A stretch of 24,801 bases of DNA from a virus (taxonomy: Duplodnaviria; Caudoviricetes), in the IMG/VR virus record IMGVR_UViG_3300008267_000344, positions 1-24,801 of that record; one strand, given 5' to 3'. The notes below the pieces were generated by a model. The model did no database searches. It worked only from the letters and a program-made list of their open reading frames with translations, and was not told the DNA's origin. Positions 18,942 to 24,801 of the stretch are shown piece by piece. Within the stretch, counting starts at the first letter, position 1; each line of letters starts with the position of its first letter. The translations under genes were made by a program, and so were the position numbers.

Positions 18942-19499
18942 ATGAAACCCGAAACAGGAAGAAACAATTCTTTTTTAAAAGTAATAGAAATTTTAGAACA
19001 AACTTATTCTCAACCAATTACTATTGTTGAGACAGGATGTATAAGAAATACAACTGAGGAAAGTAAGTTTGGTGATGGATGGAGTACTTTAAATTGGGAC
19101 TATTATGCTAAAAAAACTAATTCTAAAGTTTATGTAGTTGACATAGATCAAAATCATCTAAATAAGTCTATGGAAATAGTACCCCCTAGTGAATTTGTAG
19201 AATATACAAAAGATGATTCTATAAACTATTTACAAAATTTTGATAAAAAAATAGATTTATTATTTACTGATAGCTATGATTACTGTGGTGATGAGGAAAA
19301 TATCCGCAAATGTCACAATCATGCTTTAAATGAAATTACAGCAGCTTGGGATAAACTAAAAGATCATTGCTTTATATTAATAGATGATGTATTTAATGAT
19401 CAATGGGATGGAAAGGGAAAATTATCAATTCCTTACCTTTTAGAAAATGGATTTGAATTAGTTTATTTTATTGATTCACAAGTATTATTAAAAAGATAA
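18942..19499 (+). CDS. class I SAM-dependent methyltransferase (Methyltransf_24-like)
   Basis: IVETGC motif I, VYVVDID, DS..YL, IDLLFTDS, ILIDD, GKG. Confidence 0.8.
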   Translation: MKPETGRNNSFLKVIEILEQTYSQPITIVETGCIRNTTEESKFGDGWSTLNWDYYAKKTNSKVYVVDIDQNHLNKSMEIVPPSEFVEYTKDDSINYLQNFDKKIDLLFTDSYDYCGDEENIRKCHNHALNEITAAWDKLKDHCFILIDDVFNDQWDGKGKLSIPYLLENGFELVYFIDSQVLLKR

Positions 19500-19502
19500 A
19501 AT

Positions 19503-20063
19503 ATGATTGAAATAATAGACTATATTCCTACTGAAAGAGACAATCCAAAAGTAATAACAAATATACCTACTGCTTGGGGAGATATCCCAACTATATTAAA
19601 GGATTTAATTTTAAAATTCAATATCAATACTAAAAAAGCCCTAGAATTTGGAGCCCAATATGGATATTCCACCTCAGCTTTAGCAAATTATTTTGAAGAA
19701 GTTATAGGAATAGACACTTTTACAGGAGACATTCATGCCGGGATAGAAGATAATTTTTTTGAAAAAACTAAAAATAATCTAATTGAATATCCTAATATAA
19801 AATTAATAGAATCTTCCTATCAAGCCTATATTTTAAATAAAACAGAAAAATATGATTTAATTCATATAGATATAGTTCACACATATGAAGACACATACAA
19901 ATGTGGAGAGTGGGCAGTGCAAAATTCAGATGCTGTTATATTTCATGATACTGAGTCTTTTATTGATGTTAGAAGAGCCTGTATTGATTTAGCAAGTAAA
20001 TATAATTTTGCTTTTTATAATTATAGACAATCTCATGGTTTAGGGATTTTAATTAAAAAATAA
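19503..20063 (+). CDS. class I SAM-dependent methyltransferase (Methyltransf_24-like)
   Basis: ALEFGAQYGYST, IGIDTF.GD, YDLIHID..HTYE, VIFHDT. Confidence 0.88.
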   Translation: MIEIIDYIPTERDNPKVITNIPTAWGDIPTILKDLILKFNINTKKALEFGAQYGYSTSALANYFEEVIGIDTFTGDIHAGIEDNFFEKTKNNLIEYPNIKLIESSYQAYILNKTEKYDLIHIDIVHTYEDTYKCGEWAVQNSDAVIFHDTESFIDVRRACIDLASKYNFAFYNYRQSHGLGILIKK

Positions 20064-20860
20064 TGAATATATTATTGCTTACTTCTTGTAATAGAATAAA
20101 ACAAATTTTACTATCTCTTTCTATAAATGCTCAAATTATTAAACAAAATTTTAGTGCTATAATTGTAGATAGTTCTACTCCTGGTAGAAAAGTAGAAGAA
20201 ATATGTCAAGAACATGATAATGAAGATCCATATAATTTTGTAAAACCTTATAATTATTGCTCTGATATTTCATTACTATATGAGGCTCATCAATATTTCC
20301 CTAATATAGAACAATTTAAAATTATACACTATTCCCCCAGATTAAATAAACAAAGAGGTGAATCTACATCAATCGCATTAGGATTAACTCAAGCAGCACT
20401 AATGGGAAATATAAGAGTACAAGGAGAAGAAAATTACTGCTTAAAAATCACAGGAACATCTATACTAAAATATAACATCATTTCAGAACTTCCTTCTTTA
20501 TTAAATGAAAAGGATTTAATTACTTGGCATCGAGCAAATATAGGAGGACCACAACGATCTACTAGAATATTTGGATGCAGACCAAAACCTATATCTAAAT
20601 TAATTTTAGATTATGGTTGGGATTATTTTATAGATGATGTATATTTTATGGAAGAAAAATTAGCCAAAATATCTGAAGAAGTACCTGTAAATAGACTAAA
20701 TTATACAGGTACTGATGAAAATAATATATTACTAGAAGGAGGAATGGGACTAACTCAAGAACAAGGAAGAACTAAAATAACCCAATTTATTAATGAAAAT
20801 AATATTGATACTGATGCTACTCCTTACTTACAAGAATTTATAAATGGGGGTATATGGTAA
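20063..20860 (+). CDS. uncharacterised protein, possibly a GT-A fold glycosyltransferase
   Basis: N-terminus ILLLTSCNR...IIVDSS resembles GT2 beta1/beta2; embedded in the cassette with overlapping start and stop. Confidence 0.55.
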   Translation: MNILLLTSCNRIKQILLSLSINAQIIKQNFSAIIVDSSTPGRKVEEICQEHDNEDPYNFVKPYNYCSDISLLYEAHQYFPNIEQFKIIHYSPRLNKQRGESTSIALGLTQAALMGNIRVQGEENYCLKITGTSILKYNIISELPSLLNEKDLITWHRANIGGPQRSTRIFGCRPKPISKLILDYGWDYFIDDVYFMEEKLAKISEEVPVNRLNYTGTDENNILLEGGMGLTQEQGRTKITQFINENNIDTDATPYLQEFINGGIW

Positions 20861-21633
20861 TATTAATTACAGGATATAAAGGTTTTATAGGTAAAAATTT
20901 ATCTAATCAATTTATTTCTAAACTTGGTATAGGAGAAAACTATGATAAAGAATATATTGAAAATTTTCTTAATATAAATAACCCCGATGTTGTATTTCAT
21001 GTAGGAGCATGCTCCGATACTTTAAACACTGATATTAATTACATGATGGAGAAGAATTACCTTTCCACCAAATGGATTACTGATTGGTGCTCTAACAATA
21101 ATAAAAAAATTATATACTCTTCCTCAGCTGCTGTATATGGATCAGACGGTAAACAACCTTCAAATTTATATGGGTGGACTAAATTATTAGGTGAAGATTA
21201 TGTTGTATCTAAAGGAGGAATTGCTTTAAGATATTTTAATGTTTATGGGCCTGGAGAAGATCATAAAGAAAAAATGGCTTCTATTATATATCAAAATTGG
21301 AATAAAAACAAAGTAAAACTATTTCCTGGGAATCCAAAACGTGATTTTGTATATGTTGATGATGTAATAAGTGCTAATTTATATGCTTTAGAACATTATG
21401 AATATTTAAAAGGTACCTGGTATGAAGTTGGGAGTGGAGAAAGTAATAAATTTGAAACCATATTTGATTTATTAAATACCCCTTATAATTACCTAGATGA
21501 ATCTCAAATCCCAAAAGGCTACCAATTCCATACTTCTAGTAACCCAGAAAATTGGATGCCAGGATGGAAACCAAAATATACTTTAGAAGACGGAATAAAA
21601 GAATATAAAAAATACTTAAATGAAAAAAGTTAG
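20854..21633 (+). CDS. hldD: NAD-dependent epimerase, ADP-L-glycero-D-manno-heptose 6-epimerase-like
   Basis: TGYKGFIG, FHVGACSDT, YMM..NY..TK, YSSSAAVYG, NLYGWTK (YxxxK), LRYFNVYGPGE.HK.KMAS and RDFVYVDDV closely match HldD/RfaD. Confidence 0.8.
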   Translation: MVILITGYKGFIGKNLSNQFISKLGIGENYDKEYIENFLNINNPDVVFHVGACSDTLNTDINYMMEKNYLSTKWITDWCSNNNKKIIYSSSAAVYGSDGKQPSNLYGWTKLLGEDYVVSKGGIALRYFNVYGPGEDHKEKMASIIYQNWNKNKVKLFPGNPKRDFVYVDDVISANLYALEHYEYLKGTWYEVGSGESNKFETIFDLLNTPYNYLDESQIPKGYQFHTSSNPENWMPGWKPKYTLEDGIKEYKKYLNEKS

Positions 21634-22414
21634 TTTTGTTTGTACAACTTATAGAAGATTTACCTGTGTTGAGCGCATAGTAGCTCAATATCATGCTCAA
21701 TCTTATCCTAATAAAGAACTAATTATCTTCAACACAGATGAAGAATATCCTTATTCTTTAGGATTTGAAGATGATTCTATTATAATTGTGAATAACAATA
21801 TGAATTACCAAAACGGGTTTGATTATGAAAATAGAGGGCAAATCTGTAGAGATGCTGTAACTCACACTACTGGGGATTACTTTATGCTTGCTGATGATGA
21901 TGACATTTATCTACCTTGGCACATGCAACAAGCAGTAGAAGGTATTGAAGAAATACAAACTGATGCTTGGAAACCAGAACAAAGTTTTTTTGCTGGGCAT
22001 GATGGTGTACATATGGTAATGAATACTTTAGAAGCAAGTGTAATTGTTAAAATGGAAAGAATTAAAGAAATTGGTTTTAGGAGTGATTTAACTGGATATG
22101 AAGGATTAAGTTGGTATACTAAATTAAGAGATGAAAAACAATTAAATGAACATAATAAAAATTATGTACCTTCATATTGTTTTAATTGGAGTGATCCTCA
22201 TGAAGTAGCAGGACATAAACAAAGCGGAGACATAAATAATCCTGATAATTTTAAAAATCACAAACTAGCTTCTAGAGATTATGCTGAGCGTCCTTTACTT
22301 AAAGATGTAGTAAATTTAGATGAAGTATATAAAAAATATTATGATTATTTACGTGATACTAAATCTCAATTTAATCAAGAATATTACAAAAGATATGCAT
22401 CTCAATATTTATAA
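21620..22414 (+). CDS. glycosyltransferase family 2
   Basis: VSFVCTTYRR, QSYPNKELII, R..AV....GDYFMLADDDDIYLPWH. Confidence 0.88.
   Translation: MKKVSFVCTTYRRFTCVERIVAQYHAQSYPNKELIIFNTDEEYPYSLGFEDDSIIIVNNNMNYQNGFDYENRGQICRDAVTHTTGDYFMLADDDDIYLPWHMQQAVEGIEEIQTDAWKPEQSFFAGHDGVHMVMNTLEASVIVKMERIKEIGFRSDLTGYEGLSWYTKLRDEKQLNEHNKNYVPSYCFNWSDPHEVAGHKQSGDINNPDNFKNHKLASRDYAERPLLKDVVNLDEVYKKYYDYLRDTKSQFNQEYYKRYASQYL
22405..22412 (+). promoter_or_regulatory. ATATTTAT motif, putative late promoter for the detached C-terminal half gene
   Basis: AATATTTATAATCATG overlaps the GT2 stop; 15/16 identical to 4992-5007. Confidence 0.55.
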
Positions 22415-22416
22415 TC

Positions 22417-22725
22417 ATGGCTATAATTCATACAGGTTCTTTTTCTTTACAATTTAAAAATGAACATACTATATACGAAAATGAAGTTCGTTGTTTAGTA
22501 AAGGAAAGTGATTATAATTTATCATATAACCCAACACTAGTAAATGGTAATTATTCTAGTGGATCTTTAAAAGATTTTGCTACGGGTTCTGATTTTTATA
22601 CTTATGCTACTACCATAGGATTATACAATGATAACAATGAATTATTAGCTGTAGCTAAATTTGGGAAACCAATAATGATGTCTCCTGACACAGACATGAC
22701 ATTTGTGGTTAAGCATGATAATTAA
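22417..22725 (+). CDS. C-terminal domain of a split virion structural protein (paralogous to the C-terminus of 14355-15392)
   Basis: VKESDYNLSYNPTL...YATTIGLYNDNNELLAVAKFGKP versus VKNSDFNYTTNPSI...YITTVGMYNDNNELVAVAKLSKP. Confidence 0.85.
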   Translation: MAIIHTGSFSLQFKNEHTIYENEVRCLVKESDYNLSYNPTLVNGNYSSGSLKDFATGSDFYTYATTIGLYNDNNELLAVAKFGKPIMMSPDTDMTFVVKHDN

Positions 22726-22734
22726 AATAAATTT

Positions 22735-23187
22735 ATGAATGAATGGTTATGGCATCTTGATGATGGAAGTCTAGAAATATTTCCTGAAGATCAAATTAAA
22801 GATTATTATGGTTTTGTTTATATAATTACTAATTTGGAAACAAATAAGTTTTACATAGGTAAAAAAGCATTTACACATAATAAAAAGAAAAAACTTACTA
22901 AAAAAGAAATTGCTGAGCATACAGGTGCTGGTCGTAAACCAACTACTCGAGTTGATAAAGTAGATAGCGGATGGAAAAATTATTATGGCTCATCTAAAGA
23001 ATTACTCGCAGATGTTAAATTATTAGGCGAAGATAAATTTCAACGTGTTATACTTAAGTTTGCTAAAAACAAAAAACAACTTACATTTTTTGAATTAGAG
23101 GAACAAATAATATATAATGTATTATTTAATGATAATAGCTATAATGATAACATAGCAGGTAAATATTTTCGTAAGGATTTTGCTTAG
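22735..23187 (+). CDS. GIY-YIG family nuclease (Seg-like)
   Basis: GFVYIITNLETNKFYIGKK, YYGSS, F.R.IL, conserved E, and YN near the C-terminus. Confidence 0.8.
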   Translation: MNEWLWHLDDGSLEIFPEDQIKDYYGFVYIITNLETNKFYIGKKAFTHNKKKKLTKKEIAEHTGAGRKPTTRVDKVDSGWKNYYGSSKELLADVKLLGEDKFQRVILKFAKNKKQLTFFELEEQIIYNVLFNDNSYNDNIAGKYFRKDFA

Positions 23188-23209
23188 GCAAAATTATTTC
23201 GTATATTAT
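23179..23209 (+). promoter_or_regulatory. Bacteroidota-type promoter (TTTG-N19-TATATTAT) upstream of primase
   Basis: TTTG 23179-23182, TATATT from 23202; TATATTnnGGTTATG matches 17250-17264. Confidence 0.55.
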
Positions 23210-23213
23210 GGTT

Positions 23214-24161
23214 ATGGACAATACAGCTCTACTATTCCTAGCTGAATCAGTACTAGGTAAAGGACAATCTACAAGTAAAGGCAATTATGCTTTTAAATGT
23301 CCATTTTGTAGTCATCATAAAAATAAGATGGAAGTTAATTTACGTACAACAGCTAAACGTGAAAACTTTTGGCATTGTTGGATATGTGGTGCTAAAGGCA
23401 AAACATTACTTTCTCTATTTAAAAAAATAAAAGCACCTGCTAATAAAATAGCAGAATTAAATATATTAGTTGTTCCTGAAAATACTAAAAATATTGAAAT
23501 AGGAACTTTACAATTACCTAAAGAATATATTTCATTGCTTGATCATGAACGTTTTGTAAAAGATAGAATAGCTCATATTGAATATAAACATGCTATTAAA
23601 TTTTTATTAAAGCGAGGTTTAAATCAAGATGATATTGTAAAATATAATATTGGTTTTTGTAAAGAAGGTAAATATGAAGGTCGTATTATTATACCATCAT
23701 ATGATGAAGATAGAAAATTAAACTACTTTATAGCTAGAGATTATAAAGGTGAAACACCTCAAAAATATAAAAATCCACCGGTATCGGCTAAAGACGTTAT
23801 TGGTTTTGAACTATATATCAATTGGAATGCACCTATTATACTTGTTGAAGGTATATTTGATGCATTGACAATTAAACGCAATGTTATTCCTTTATTCGGT
23901 AAAGTAATACATGGTAAACTAATGGAAAAATTAGTTAAAGCTTCTGTTGATAGAATTTATATTGCTTTAGATAATGATGCTAGGCGTGATGCTTTAAAAC
24001 AAGCTGAAATGCTTATGTCATATGGCAAAGAAGTATACATGGTAGAAATGGAAGGTAAAGATGCTAACGAAATTGGTTTCGAAAACTTTTTAAACACAAT
24101 TGAGCAAACAAAACCCCTGAATTTTCAGAGTTTGCTTGAAAAAAAATTACAATTATTATGA
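23214..24161 (+). CDS. DNA primase (DnaG / T4 gp61-like); start probably 23214 rather than 23208
   Basis: Zn finger CPFC...HCWIC, GRIIIP, KYKNP, TOPRIM motifs VEGIFDA, LDND, KDANE. Confidence 0.92.
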   Translation: MDNTALLFLAESVLGKGQSTSKGNYAFKCPFCSHHKNKMEVNLRTTAKRENFWHCWICGAKGKTLLSLFKKIKAPANKIAELNILVVPENTKNIEIGTLQLPKEYISLLDHERFVKDRIAHIEYKHAIKFLLKRGLNQDDIVKYNIGFCKEGKYEGRIIIPSYDEDRKLNYFIARDYKGETPQKYKNPPVSAKDVIGFELYINWNAPIILVEGIFDALTIKRNVIPLFGKVIHGKLMEKLVKASVDRIYIALDNDARRDALKQAEMLMSYGKEVYMVEMEGKDANEIGFENFLNTIEQTKPLNFQSLLEKKLQLL

Positions 24162-24801
24162 TTGACAGAAATGCAAACATTATTAAGGACCCTAAAATAA
24201 AACGCATTGTAGAGTACAGCGAAGGAGACAAACAAGTAAATGTTTTAGATTCTCGCTTTTATAGACGAAATGACAAATACTATCCTTCAGTAACATCAGT
24301 ATTAAATTATTTTCCTAAAAACCAATTTTTTCATAACTGGCTTAAAGATGTAGGGCATAATTCAGATATTATTGCTTCTAAAGCAGCAAGTGAAGGTACT
24401 CAAGTACATACTGCTATTGATCGTTTTTTAAATGGTGAAGAAATTAATTGGCTAGATGAAAATGGACGAGCCGAATATTCTCTTGAGGTTTGGAAGATGA
24501 TTTTAAAATTTGCTGATTTTTGGAATACTCACAAACCAGAACTAATTGCTACAGAATACCATTTATTCTCAGATGCTCATGAATATGCAGGTACGGCTGA
24601 CTTAATTGTTAAGTTAAACAATAAAGTATGGTTACTTGATATTAAAACATCAAATTCACTTCATACTTCTTATGGTTTACAATTAGCTGCTTATGCGATG
24701 GCTTGGAATGAAACACATAATCAAATAATTGAAGATACAGGTATATTGTGGCTTAAAGCATCTACACGTACCGAAGGTAAAGGTGATGCTGTACAAGGTA
24801 A
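24158..24801 (+). CDS. PD-(D/E)XK exonuclease (Cas4/RecB-like phage nuclease), 3'-truncated by the window; not in the ORF track
   Basis: ATG 24158 overlaps the primase stop (ATGA); frame open to the window end: YPSVTSVL, GTQVH, E..LFS, YAGTADL, LLDIKTS, QLAAYA. Confidence 0.88.
   Translation, partial: MIDRNANIIKDPKIKRIVEYSEGDKQVNVLDSRFYRRNDKYYPSVTSVLNYFPKNQFFHNWLKDVGHNSDIIASKAASEGTQVHTAIDRFLNGEEINWLDENGRAEYSLEVWKMILKFADFWNTHKPELIATEYHLFSDAHEYAGTADLIVKLNNKVWLLDIKTSNSLHTSYGLQLAAYAMAWNETHNQIIEDTGILWLKASTRTEGKGDAVQG

Noticed and set aside
16023-22416. Island as a self-splicing intron, intein or transposon
   Set aside because: No integrase/transposase, terminal repeats, intron core or intein motifs recognised; the N-half continues in frame into new domains and the C-half has its own start and promoter motif
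24158-24801. Cas4-like nuclease as evidence of a CRISPR-Cas system
   Set aside because: No array or other cas genes; coupling to primase fits a replication/recombination exonuclease
1-24801. Stop-codon reassignment; tRNA or rRNA genes
   Set aside because: Standard-code ORFs tile the window without fragmentation; intergenic gaps are short and show no cloverleaf or rRNA sequence

Overview
AT-rich, gene-dense segment of a large tailed (myovirus-like, distantly T4-like) phage genome, all genes on the + strand. The host is probably Bacteroidota, inferred from TTTG-N19/20-TATATT promoters and the lack of Shine-Dalgarno sites. Gene order: small genes and a gp55-like sigma factor (1370-2143); a baseplate module (gp5/gpV-like spike, gp25, gp6, large gp7-like protein, fibre-attachment-like proteins; 2560-17222); a 7-gene glycan cassette (17262-22414); a GIY-YIG nuclease, DNA primase and a truncated PD-(D/E)XK nuclease. 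Main finding: a structural gene appears split in two (N-half 15396-16022, C-half 22417-22725; together they rebuild a paralogue of 14355-15392). The ~6.4 kb between the halves adds an in-frame Ig-like plus mucin-like Thr-rich extension, followed by an operon led by a plant HPAT/SGT1-like protein O-glycosyltransferase, with GT32, two methyltransferases, a GT-like unknown, an HldD-like epimerase and a GT2. This is a candidate self-contained virion O-glycosylation system. An [S/T]-G-S tripeptide enriched only in structural proteins is a candidate sequon. Two promoter classes suggest a host-sigma to phage-sigma cascade. All family assignments come from motif recognition by eye, not database searches.
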